Part shown: positions 35,897 through 51,809 of the stretch, piece by piece | How the letters are laid out: every line of letters begins with the position of its first letter | How positions within the stretch are numbered: the first letter of the stretch is position 1 | Origin: Amoebophrya sp. A120 | Taxonomy: Eukaryota > Protista > Dinoflagellata | Direction: 5' to 3' | Length of the DNA stretch: 64,000 nucleotides | Assembly (NCBI GenBank): GCA_905178155.1 | Contig: CAJINV010000012.1 | Span: forward strand, 1,430,492 to 1,494,491 | Program-made: the position numbers and the translations under genes | Notes under the pieces: model-generated | Databases searched by the model: none | Told to the model about the DNA's origin: nothing | Seen by the model: the letters and a program-made list of their open reading frames with translations, nothing else

Positions 35897-36575
35897 ACTA
35901 AGAATGATTGGGTTCTCATGTCTCGCCCTGCGGCGCACCATTTATGCTATTCGTTGCTTTTTCATTTCCTGACCCAACCAGATGTGACGCGTAGTTGTAG
36001 GAGACACTTGTTCTTTCCGACAAGTTACTCTCTCCTGTTCACTGACGAACGTAAAGAAATTGAAATTGAAACAACATACTAGCAAAACTACGACTCTGAG
36101 CGTTCTGCAACAGGATCTTTTCATCTGCAAGTTCGAGCACAACAGTATGGACGGATACTTGGTTAGTAGCACCGCAGATCTGCTGAAGCTGCAACTTACG
36201 AGGCATTGCACTGCCATTCGAGGATCTCCTATAACCCCCCCGGCTTGAAAAGCGATACCGATAGCCATGATCCGCATTTGAATTATTTGTATTGCCGGCG
36301 CTCGGTTGCTTGTCGTTTGTTATTGTTTCCAAAAAATGCCCAATGAACAATTTGAAATTTTTACACACATCATGCACAGTCCATTGTCCAGTTTGAAAAT
36401 CCTTTCAGTCACAAGAACTATTCTAGAGGTTTTCCCAACTAGATTTTAGGTTGACCAAAAACGCACGGTGGTTATTCGGTTTTCAATTTTCGAGTATCGA
36501 CTAAGTATCACCCCTGCCAGTTCACTTCACTACATTACGAAAACAACAAACAAACTCCCAAAAAAACATCAAAAA

Positions 36576-37517
36576 ATGGACGACCTTTCCGAGTTTTTCC
36601 GTACCCAGTACAGCAGCCTGCAGCGCCAGTACCCGGACCTGCCCACCTTCGAAGTCTTCAGCTTTTTCTCCACCGCCTTCCTCGCAGTTTCCACCTACAC
36701 CGGGTACTTGGTCTACGCGCGCTTCCTCTCCCCCACCGGGAAAAGCGGGAAGGGCGGCGCGGGAAAGAAAAATAAACAAGCCAAGAAGAAGAATGAGGAT
36801 GGTGGTGTTCATCTTCCCTCCAATTCTCCGCCAACGAAAGGCACCACTAATTTTCAGCACGAGCAAGAGATGAAGAAGTCACAACAACTACAGGGTACTA
36901 TGGTCACGACTACAACTTCTCCGCAGATGTTGACCTCTCCTGCTGCAGCCCAACAGCAGTCAGCGGAAACGAACCAGATTCCTGCAAAAACGGTTCTGAA
37001 CACCACGGTCAAACAGCTGGTGAAGGCGAAAAACATCGAGTTGCAGCAACTTTTGCTGAAGCAGAAGCAGTCTTCCCTGAACAACCGGGAGCGCCGAACC
37101 GTGAAAAAGTTGGAAGCGGAAATTCCAAAGTTGAATAGTTGCAAGGTCAACAAACAGGGCTTCTGTTTGAACCCGGAAGAATTTCTGACGGCGGAGGAGA
37201 AGATGAGCGCTGGAGGGAACAGCAAAGACGGGAAGATGAACAATAATTCCAAATCCGCTTTCGATCAAGCGGACGCTGAGGACGACGAAGGCGGCAATAA
37301 TTCCAAGCAGAAGTCTCTCTTCGTTTCCGATATCCAGCAGAAGTACGGCATCAGCATGGAGCACGCCGCGAACGCCATGATCGCCCAGAGTCTCATGGAC
37401 AGCAACAGCAGTCCGGAGCGCGAAGGGAACAGTAACGGGGGTCTGAGTGGGAAGAAGAAGAACCGCGGGGGCGGGGGACAGGCGGACGGGTGGGAGGTGG
37501 TGAAGAGGAAGAAGTGA
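36576..37517 (+). CDS. Intronless hypothetical protein with N-terminal TM segment and Lys/Gln-rich tail
   Basis: Uninterrupted ORF from ATG 36576; hydrophobic FSFFSTAFLAVSTYTGYLVYA; ends DGWEVVKRKK*. Confidence 0.75.
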   Translation: MDDLSEFFRTQYSSLQRQYPDLPTFEVFSFFSTAFLAVSTYTGYLVYARFLSPTGKSGKGGAGKKNKQAKKKNEDGGVHLPSNSPPTKGTTNFQHEQEMKKSQQLQGTMVTTTTSPQMLTSPAAAQQQSAETNQIPAKTVLNTTVKQLVKAKNIELQQLLLKQKQSSLNNRERRTVKKLEAEIPKLNSCKVNKQGFCLNPEEFLTAEEKMSAGGNSKDGKMNNNSKSAFDQADAEDDEGGNNSKQKSLFVSDIQQKYGISMEHAANAMIAQSLMDSNSSPEREGNSNGGLSGKKKNRGGGGQADGWEVVKRKK

Positions 37518-38334
37518 TGGAACGATTCCGGAAGTACTTAAGTAGCGAGGCTGTTTCCTACTACTTCACACATCGATGAATAAGAAGCGGCCCAAGCGTC
37601 TGAGTTAATGCGGTGGAGCTACATCGTAGTTCATTGATTGATGCGTTTACGATGACGAACTGCATCGCGTCTACAAACACGATGCGGAGCAAGTGAAGTA
37701 CTTGTCTAGTAACCTCCAAAAGTCGATGAGCGACAACATTGTAAGTACCGTTACAGCAGTACGGAGCATTACAATTATCTGTATCTCAGAAACCTGAAGC
37801 GATTTTTTTTTCGAAAAACTTTCACCTCCGCTGTGGAGCAAACAATTTTTTGAAAATGTTGAACTTCAACCTGTATGACAAAAAACATATAAAAACATTA
37901 GAAGTTTAAAGCCGGCCGCGGAAGCTAGGTGACGCTGCGACGAGAATGAAGCGGGCGCGATAGAAATAGTGGCCGCTCCATGCAGCTTACTTTGTCGCCC
38001 AGCTGGGGTGAAGATTCGGTGGTTTTTCTTATTTTCGATTATGTCGGACGTCGGTGACACTGACGCCCAATTTGTCGGCTGGTCTTTCGTGGTTCGACAC
38101 TGGCAGTAGGTTCTCGTGGCGAATATAAATAAGCTGTTGCAGTTGGTCCATCGTGGTGACGTTTTTCGAAGTTAGAATTGTCTTGCCGTCGTGGTCGAAT
38201 GCAGATTCTTAACAGTCAGCTACACTCTTTATTGTTAAACGAGTTGCACATCAACACGATAAACAAAGATAATTTTTTCAGCCACCGAAACTGTAAAATA
38301 CGAATACCGCGAAAACCTCCTGTGCAGCAGAAAA

Positions 38335-40977
38335 TTGAGCTGGACAAGTATGAACGCGCTTCTCTCGGGTTGTTCCCCGAGCGCTAGCTCGACGAGCTGC
38401 ACGACCTCTGCTTCACGAATTCTCGCTGGAGTGGGTGCAGCCACCAGAGCACCGGCAGAACTTCTGCATCACGCAGGAGTACCTTCAAGAAAAGTCCTTC
38501 CCTCCTACCTCCTCCCCGCGTTTTCTGCAAAAGAGCAGGCGTACCGGCGCGCACTGAAAGAAATGGAGCGGAAAAATAGAAGGAGAAGACGGCCGACGTT
38601 TATGCAGCGGAAGCAGCAGCACAGAGTCATTTCGCAGTACAACGTCGCGATGGCGTTGCAGCAGACGTTATGTTCGAAAACGGATGAAAACGGGGTGCCA
38701 CTACAGCACCGTGTGCGTCGTGCACAAGGCGCGGATACTCTCTCTGAAATGAACGCGACACCAAAGGAGCCACAGCAACTGGAAAGATTTAGAGCCACGA
38801 GTCAGACCTTCAACTTCCAACAGGCCCCCTACCGGGTTGGGGAGAAAGCGGATAACTTGAGACAGGGAGGTAATAGTGCCGCTTCTGGCGATGTTCTCTC
38901 GAGTGAAGACAGCAGTAAAAATAACAGCACGACCCTGCTAGATTCGACCCAAGTCACCGCCCTGGACACCTTGCTCCACCGGCTCCGTTTTGAGTTGAAA
39001 AAACAGCTAAAAGCGGAATCTGTCGCGTGCAGTTACCACTGCGAGGGCATCGGCCGTCACGTCATCAGCCTGTCGTGGCGGATGCCGGCGGAGGTATTTC
39101 TTTCGAACGGTAAAATGAAATCCGGAACAACATCAAAATCTAAACTGACTAACGACCGGTGGTGGCGGGTCAAGGTAGACGAAGTGATGAAGAGGTTGCT
39201 CGTGATTCCAAACGACAATATTGCGCATGCTAGTACAACGGCATTGTCCTCAGCAAATCGAGCAAAGCATAACAAGCTGTCCGTCCCTCATGTTCTCCAA
39301 CGCTTCCGTGTGGCGAAATACGCGAAAACGGTCGCGGTGTACGGGTACAGGAACGAAGATATCATCAATTCCAGCTCTCAATCCGTCGGGAACAAGACGA
39401 GGCATCAAACGGGTGGAAAAATTAAGAAAACGAGTACAATTTACCGGCTGCGAAAACGGAAGAAACAAGTCGAAGACGGGGACGTCCTCGCGATTTGTGT
39501 GGCGCGGGAAGCGGTACCGACAGAGGAGGCAGTGCTGGCACAGCAGAGCCGAGGTGGTACGTTGTCCACTTCCGCTGCCAGAAACGATCACGACAAATCA
39601 GCCTCCGCTGACGAAGAGAAAAACGGCATCGAGGATGATAGCAACAAGAAATCCAAGCGGACAACGGCGGAGCAAAGCAACTTCCTTGCCAGCCCCGAGG
39701 TGGTTTTGACCCAGTTCCTGGTTCGGAGGTTCGGGAAATTGCGGAAAGCTGCTGCGGCCTCTGGTAGTGTCCCCCTGCGACGTCAAAATCTGCTTTCGGA
39801 TGATCATGATGTTCTTCCTTCTGTCGCCCACATCGTGCTGGATGAAGATCTCGACACCGCTGTGCTGCGGGATCTGCACGAGAAGGTGCAGAGTGTGTCG
39901 AAATTCGGGAACGTGACGAAGCATGGATTCTCTCGAGGACCAAAAGAGCAATTGCAGGCGGGCCAAAAGAACCAAAATCCGGGCTTGATTCTTCGGTATC
40001 TGAACACGCCGCCACCCGTGTGCTTTGTGGAGGAGGAAGATGTTGACAAGGAGATACAACAGACGGAGAGTACAACTAGCAGTAGCTCTGGCGGCACGGA
40101 GCTTTTTGGCAGTGGTTCATCATCTCCATCTCACTCGGCAAACCGAACGAGGAAAACCACGAAGGTAAATACCGAATTCCTGCATCGTCACGTCTTGCAG
40201 AACCTGCACGAGCACTTATCGGGGGACTACAGGGTAAACGAGTACGCGGACTGTTGGCGGAATAGCAGCTGGTGCTCTTCGCAAGATGGTGTCCGTGGTA
40301 CGAGCGTCGCTAGTAAAAAGCGGGAGCAAAGTCGAGAGAGTAGTATCGGCTTGCAACCAGACGCAGATCACCCCCTCGACCCCTTATCTTCGCCACGCAT
40401 CCCAGCCCCCTCTACCCCGTTACGGGTTCGCGCCTTCGACGTGCGGCAGCTTTTGCAGTCGGACTACTTCGAGCGCACGGAAACGACGAAGCCTCTGCAG
40501 ATGGAATTTATTAAGGATTTGATGCTCCAGTCGAGTGAGGACACTAATAGGAAGAGAAAACGATTTAAAGAACACCAACTGAAACAACTGCAGCAGGAGT
40601 TGGAGAAAGTGCGGGCAGGCGGTAATATTAACAAGTCGAGAACACATAATCCTACCGTGTCTGCCAAGCAGCGGCGAGAGATAGACGCTTTCTTTGCCAA
40701 GGAGAACAAACAGGGTAAAAATGCAGCAAGGGGAGAAGCTTTAGATGCGAAACAACCTGGCGCTGCGAAATTTTCTCCCGGTGGTCGTGATGTGGATGCG
40801 GAAGTTGCTAGTGAAAAACGCGCAGACGCAGCTCCTAGCAGGAAATCAACAGCAGAAGAAGACGCCGCCGCGAAGAAACTCCAGCGTGCCGAAGAGGCGC
40901 GGATCATAGAAGAAACGAAGGCACTGGAGGCGGAGATCGCAGCGCTGGAGAGAGCGATTCATGATGAGGGAAGCTGA
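38335..40977 (+). CDS. Intronless hypothetical protein, about 875-880 aa, with C-terminal coiled coil
   Basis: 2.6-kb open frame (first ATG 38350); no recognisable domain. Confidence 0.75.
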   Translation: MSWTSMNALLSGCSPSASSTSCTTSASRILAGVGAATRAPAELLHHAGVPSRKVLPSYLLPAFSAKEQAYRRALKEMERKNRRRRRPTFMQRKQQHRVISQYNVAMALQQTLCSKTDENGVPLQHRVRRAQGADTLSEMNATPKEPQQLERFRATSQTFNFQQAPYRVGEKADNLRQGGNSAASGDVLSSEDSSKNNSTTLLDSTQVTALDTLLHRLRFELKKQLKAESVACSYHCEGIGRHVISLSWRMPAEVFLSNGKMKSGTTSKSKLTNDRWWRVKVDEVMKRLLVIPNDNIAHASTTALSSANRAKHNKLSVPHVLQRFRVAKYAKTVAVYGYRNEDIINSSSQSVGNKTRHQTGGKIKKTSTIYRLRKRKKQVEDGDVLAICVAREAVPTEEAVLAQQSRGGTLSTSAARNDHDKSASADEEKNGIEDDSNKKSKRTTAEQSNFLASPEVVLTQFLVRRFGKLRKAAAASGSVPLRRQNLLSDDHDVLPSVAHIVLDEDLDTAVLRDLHEKVQSVSKFGNVTKHGFSRGPKEQLQAGQKNQNPGLILRYLNTPPPVCFVEEEDVDKEIQQTESTTSSSSGGTELFGSGSSSPSHSANRTRKTTKVNTEFLHRHVLQNLHEHLSGDYRVNEYADCWRNSSWCSSQDGVRGTSVASKKREQSRESSIGLQPDADHPLDPLSSPRIPAPSTPLRVRAFDVRQLLQSDYFERTETTKPLQMEFIKDLMLQSSEDTNRKRKRFKEHQLKQLQQELEKVRAGGNINKSRTHNPTVSAKQRREIDAFFAKENKQGKNAARGEALDAKQPGAAKFSPGGRDVDAEVASEKRADAAPSRKSTAEEDAAAKKLQRAEEARIIEETKALEAEIAALERAIHDEGS

Positions 40978-42058
40978 TAGACAGTGACGACAAGAAAAGT
41001 GGATATTCCGCGGTCTTTGGCGAGCCCTAGTGGTTGCGCAAAAGATTGCTAGTATAGCTAACAGCGAGTGCTAGTGCAGCGCTTTTCTGCCCTTTGTCGG
41101 AGGGTTTTGACACCGAGCTTAGTTCTAAATTTTGCAATGCAGTGTTCCTCGTCCATCATTCCCCGTGCCTTCGCGAGCCGCACTTAGTGAGGTACGAACA
41201 GCTCCTGCTTCGGAGGCATTTCGAGTGAGCGAAAATTTAGATTTGCCCATCTCCGATCAATGAAAAAGGAGATTACTGTGCGAAGAAGTAAATCTAAATC
41301 TGAAATCAGCGCAAAAATTCTAGGCCGACCTCAAGGATGAGAGAGTGAGCTAAACAACTTCTGCTGGTCCTCTTCTTCGCTCCAAAGATCCGGAATGTCC
41401 TTTTCGAAATCTAGCATGAAGATCAAGATCCAAAATTTAGAAAAAGAGAATCTTCCATTGTGAGCACTCCAGCCACCCACAGCGTCTTCCGTAGAGTTCC
41501 CGAAATTTAGAAGGCACCCGAAATCATGCTCTCGGAAAGAAATAGACGGCACTAAAAATCTGTCGCCTCTCCAGGATACAAATCATCGATCCACCTGTGA
41601 AATTATGATCCTTATTTCCCGCTTAGAAGGCGACTGTTTTGACAGTTGAAAACAACATCCATAATCCAAAAACTCATCTCTTTCCAAAAACAAAACAGTA
41701 GGGCTGAAAACTATTCAAAAAACGGACTTTAGCTGATCTCTCGAGGATCTGCTAGCGTCGAAAACTTATTATAAAACTGATAAGTAAAAAACCGAAAAAA
41801 CTAAAAAAAATCGCTCAACACAACCACACTTGCATAAAAACTAAACTAAAAGTTCTCTTCGACATAAAAAATTTCTAAATCTCTTCAAAACCTACTACCT
41901 CTCTACGGAATTACACGTCATACCTGAAACTCTCGTCGCTTTCATCCACGACCATAAAAAACTACTAAAATCTACTACACCTTGTGTTTGTGTATTTTAA
42001 CTGTAAATCTTACGTTTAATCTTCTTATTCTTTAGACGCAACCTCCCACCACATCAAG

Positions 42059-46468
<4,410 letters not shown>

Positions 46469-49400
46469 GCGGAGTTGTAACATACGGGGACAATGGGAAA
46501 TAGAACGGGAAGTAGTAGATTTCTTCATCGAGAAGGTGGAGAAAAAAAGAAGAACAACGTCATCTATCATCTTCGGGAGAAAAAGTAAACATCAACATCA
46601 GCACAGAAGAAGATGAATGTCGAAATTCTAGTTCATCTAGAAATTCTTGAGAAGAGCTGATTTTTCGGTGGACACAAGGAGGAGATTACTACAGGGAGCC
46701 GCGCGCGGCCATCCTCGATGAGGATTTTGAGTCTGTGGGCTCGAATTTTTTTGAAGAGGCTGTCGCATGTGGCTTCCTACGTCCACAAGGAAGATATCAG
46801 CAATTGGAAGAACACAACAACACCAGTGAGAACACAACGCGAAAACGTAGAGATTTTAGTAGTTTTACTATCGGATCAGTCTGTCAACACTATATACAAA
46901 ATTGGTCACAAGGAAAGGAAAGACTATTTTTATTGGTAAATTAGGATTGACAAGTGTGGGGCTTGCTATTCTTTAGATCGGGGGAACAAGAAGCTGATCA
47001 TCAGATTCGGAGGGCGGTTCTGCCTGCTTTCCCTTTGGTGGTCGCACGAAAAAGAGAACATCCCTCTTGCACTGATATGCCCGAGAAGAGGAATTGCAGG
47101 CCTTCAGACACAAGCGCTATGTACTATGGTAATAGATTATTGCTAGGGTGATCGAAAGCTACGGAGTTTTTTAGTTCGAGAGGGTAGTAGGAGTAAAGCA
47201 GGTTGTACAACTACGAAAGCGCGCTAAAGAATTGTACTTGAAATAGATAGCCGTAGTAAGCACGCTGAGTAGGTGGACGAGATTTGGAGGTTTTTAGTAT
47301 GCCATGTAGAAGATGACCGAAGCTTCTATGTGTCCGGAATAATAAGTATTCAGACCACTGCTACAAAAGTACCATTCCGGACTGCTTTACGTTTCTGAAA
47401 CTGATACTTTACGAACTCGGTTCATTCATGGATTGAATTTTTATCGAAAAACTACGCGGTCGTGCTGTGGAAGAGGAAAGTATTTCGAATAAACTATTCA
47501 CTCTGAGAACTTTTTTGCTGCAAGATTTTTCGGACGAGGGATTTATACTATCAGAACTGAAAGCAACTGTAGGAACCACAAAACCTCTTCTCTCATACAG
47601 CGAGATGATCACGTACACAATATGCCACCCGCGTTAGTTTGTTACTATGGAGGCATTTTGCACCTCAACAGAGATATTTAGCAAGTTTGTTTACTAGGTT
47701 GTATTTTGGATGAATGAGAATCCGTAGATGAGTCACGACTGCCATTTGTTGAAAGTTCCTTTTGCGGCAACACACGAACTAACTGCAAAGAACAACAAAG
47801 CGGACTACTACTAATTTCCACGCGGAGGACACTACACTGCCAAGAAGCGTCTTTTGAGACAATCCCACTACGTACACAAGCATGGCAGTGAATGGAAATA
47901 GAGTTTGGCCGGGAGCTGGAAATTATATCTCGCTTTTTTCGTTTGGCGTGACGATAACGGATCTCATCGAGGATGAAAACTACCATATTTTAGATTGCGA
48001 AAAAATCGAACAAAGCTATTGGAACAAATATGAAGAGGGTAGTTGGTTTTCTAATCACAGGTTTTCTTGAAAAAACTTTTCGCACTGCTTGAAACACAAA
48101 GAATGAGCTGTACCAGATGAGATTTTGGAAGAATTAAAAAACCTGAGATGAAACCTACTTATTTTTCCGTCCACCCGGGGCTGTTTTATTTCCATGCGGT
48201 TCTATTCTGGTTTTCCTTTTCGGTTGGACGGGAAAAATCTCGAATGGTGACCACTCACTGTAGTAAGTATCTAGTTCTCTTTCTTCTTCGTCTTGGCTTT
48301 GGATATAGAGCTTGGTTCGGACAACCCGACGAGGTGCAGTCTCTGCTGGCTTGACGCACTAGCGACATGTATGTTTTTTGAAAATTCGGTTGCGGGTGAT
48401 AAGGGCCTGCGTCGGAAATCTAAATGTTTTCGGAGGAGGAGGTCGGTGTCTGGATGATTTCGTTTCACACAGAATTATTTTCTTTGTTTTACACGTACAA
48501 TTATGCTTCGCTGGTGGACGACGCTTTCGGGCGTCGTCTCTTTCCGTTCGTTCTTAACGGTAAGCGCAGCGATACTGATACTCTTAAAGGTGGTATGGCT
48601 AGGTCAAAGTACTAGTGCTCGCTAATCCCCGTACTTGTGCAATTTTGGCTATGTCCCTTACCAGGTTTATTAGCCGGAGCTCACATGTCGCGGTGGTGAA
48701 GAGACGACCTAGTTCGTTACTTGCGTCTGTTGCGTAGTTGTGGTTTTTTTTTTTAGATTCAATCACAGGGCCGCAAGAACAATGGCGTTCTTCAGTTTGT
48801 AGTACGATAAAGCTATGATGCAGAGACGAGAGGAAGCAAGCTGCAGCGGGCAGCAGATGTGCAAGTGCCACAATATAAAAATACATATTCGAAAAAAACA
48901 AAAAACAGCTGAAAAGTGATCAGAAAAAAGCAAAAAAACCTTTTTTTCTTCTTTATCCTAAGTAAAAATACGGATCCGGCCTCTTTCGTGCGTACTCGAT
49001 TGCTACCATCGGCCACAGCACCGCTTGCACCTGTAACCATGTTGGGTTACCTAGTCTACAACTCTAGAGAAAGCGGACTACTAGTAGCGATACAGTAGGT
49101 AACATTGAAGTCACAGACGAGTTGAAGAGTCTAGGTGCTACTGGTCTTCCTGCATGATCCGCGAGTGGTCTACCTGCAATCGCTGCAGTGAAGCGGAATC
49201 TTTAAATTTTCGTAGCTGATCTGAATCCTTTCGCGAATTCTTTAAATTTTTCTGCCGCTGTTGTTACAGTAGAATCGAAGTGAGTTGTACTAAATTGATG
49301 ACGGGAACAAGAACTCGTCTTATCACGCGAAACGACAGGCCCCGTGCTTCCAAAGATCTCCCGAAGTTGTGTTCCTGATAAGCAGGTGAAGATCCGAGCT

Positions 49401-49997
49401 TGCAACTGCTTTTTTCCCAACGAATCGAGACAACTAAGCCTCAGTCTTCGCGAATGATCCCACTGAGCAGATCATGATGATGACGTGGATTGGAAATTCC
49501 GTATGCATAGGACACTAGTACAACGCAGACATAGACGTTGAGTTTTTTCTGGTTTAAATCACCTGTCCGCACAGCGCGCATTTTGAAAATCCTTATCATA
49601 CTTATCCACCGCAGTTTCACCGAAAAGTATAACAAGTAAGAGTGTTTAATATTTTCGAGCAATAGTAGAATACAAACCACATTGAGAAGGAACAAGATCA
49701 ATCGTGGTTCCCTTCTGGAGCGTATTCTAAACTTTTTATCCCTACGATTCTGAATTTTCTTTTTTTTGAACTTTGAAGTAGTTCACGTTTATGTTTTTGA
49801 GCGACACAAGAACTACTACGCAATAGAAGTTCTCTCCATCTCTTTTTCTTCGAGTGAAGTAGTTCAACGACTCCTCGGATTTATCTTTCACCAATTCTAA
49901 CAAGAACTACTACTATCAATTTAGAGTCGTGAGTAGAGTTGTATTGGAATTTGTTTTGGAATTTGTCACTACAAATTGATACAAATTCTACTAAAAG

Positions 49998-51809
49998 ATG
50001 GCGCTGTCTAAGGATGAGTCTGTGTACATGGCCAAGCTGGCCGAACAGGCGGAGCGATATGACGAAATGGCGGACTACATGAGAGACGTACTGTTGATGA
50101 TTTTCTTGTTGATTTTTTTCACCGAAGGACAGTTTTCTCCTTAGAGCATGATGTAAATCCCCAGAAAGTTTAGATTTTTGTTGCAGATTCGAAAGTGCAA
50201 AACCGTGTGACAGCTACTTATGTTCTTCCCAAAAGTAAGTAAAAATTAAAATCCGCATGAGAAGCATTTTCAGCATGCAGATTTGCATTACAACTTCAAA
50301 CTCTTTATCAGGTATCGAAGGCCGACAGCGGCGAGCTCAGTGTGGAGGAACGGAATTTGCTCTCTGTCGCCTACAAGAACGCCGTCGGGTCCCGCCGTGC
50401 CTCTTGGCGTATTGAATTTTCTTTTGCGGTTTCGCATTGCTACAAGAGTCGGTGTTTTTTTGGGGTGGTCATGAAGATGTCCTCTGTGTGTTGTTGTCAC
50501 GTGCTTGAAGCAGATTGCAATACAAACTCCTGCTCAAAAAATTCTCAGGCATCATTTCTTCCGTGGAGCAGAAGGAGACCACTAAGGGGAACACCGAGGC
50601 CGCTGCCCGGGCCGCGCAGTACCGAATGAAGGTCGAGGCGGAGCTGGACGACATCTGTATTTTTGTGTTTCTGATGCAGAATGTTCATGTTGCATAGGAG
50701 AGGTAATTTGTCATGCTGATTTTCACACCAGCGGCAGGTCATCTCCTTAGGCATTGATCTAAAAAGCACGGTTTTTTTTTGTCATGCAAGGATTGCAGTC
50801 TAGAGAGAATTGTGTATAGCATCTACCGCATGAAAAACACCAATCTACAGGCGCCAAGATTCTGACCCTGTTGCAAGACCACCTGATCACCAAGGAGAGC
50901 CCCCCGCCACCGGGCAAGGAAGAGTCCCAGGTATTTCTACTTATGTGTAACTGCTCTGTTGCATGAGAAACTCGAATATCGAATCAATTGTGTTTTGCAT
51001 TTAAAAGTTCCTATTGTCTTCAGGAGGTGAGCTTGTCATTCAGATGATGCACATGCGAGTGAGATGATGAATCGGAAAGCTACTCCACTTATCTATAATC
51101 CCGCAACACAAATTCACGAAACGCACTTTCAGGTCTTCTACTACAAGATGAAGGGTGACTACCACCGTTACATTGCGGAATACAAGGTGGATGCCGAGAA
51201 GACCAAGGCCTCCGAGGCCGCAAAGGACGCGTATTTTGAATTTTGGAATTTTTGTCATGCGAGATTTCCACGGACGAGCTCTTGCATATTAGGTTTTGGC
51301 ATGACAAAGCACTACCAGCCAAAAAACGGAATGAAACAGGTACAAGGCGGCTATGACGATCGCCGAGTCTGGTTTGTTGGTTACCCACCCGATCCGCCTG
51401 GGTCTGGCCCTGAACTTCTCCGTATAGAATTTTTTGTTTGGGCAGACTCTTTGTTGTTCACCTGCTGCTTGTCGTGCATGACAAAATTCCCCTCTCATGC
51501 GGCACGGTACTACAGATCTAATTCAGAGGTTTAGAATGGCAGTGTCAAGGATTACTTGATGTACTACCCCATGCACAGCTCGGCAGACTACAACGAAAGC
51601 CAATTTTACTGAAAATACTCTCTCAGGTCTTCTACTACGAAGTGCTGAACCAGCCCGAGGAGGCCTGCACCATGGCCAGAAAAGCCTTCGAAGACGCCAT
51701 CGCGGAGTTGGACAACGTGTCCGAGGACAGCTACAAGGACTCCACCCTCATTATGCAGTTGCTGCGCGACAACCTCACCCTGTGGACCTCCGACGAGACC
51801 GAGGGTTAA
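49998..51809 (+). CDS. 14-3-3: 14-3-3 protein (paralog A), 7 exons, all GT-AG introns
   Basis: [87 protein letters not shown]. Introns 50088-50311, 50409-50548, 50657-50850, 50931-51132, 51231-51339, 51422-51626. Confidence 0.97.

Noticed and set aside
46469-49997. Short ORFs on both strands between PABP and 14-3-3 A (also 51.8-54.2 kb)
   Set aside because: AT-richer, no coding-like composition or recognisable homology; treated as intergenic/UTR. No tRNA, rRNA or spliced-leader sequence was noticed, though no covariance search could be run.
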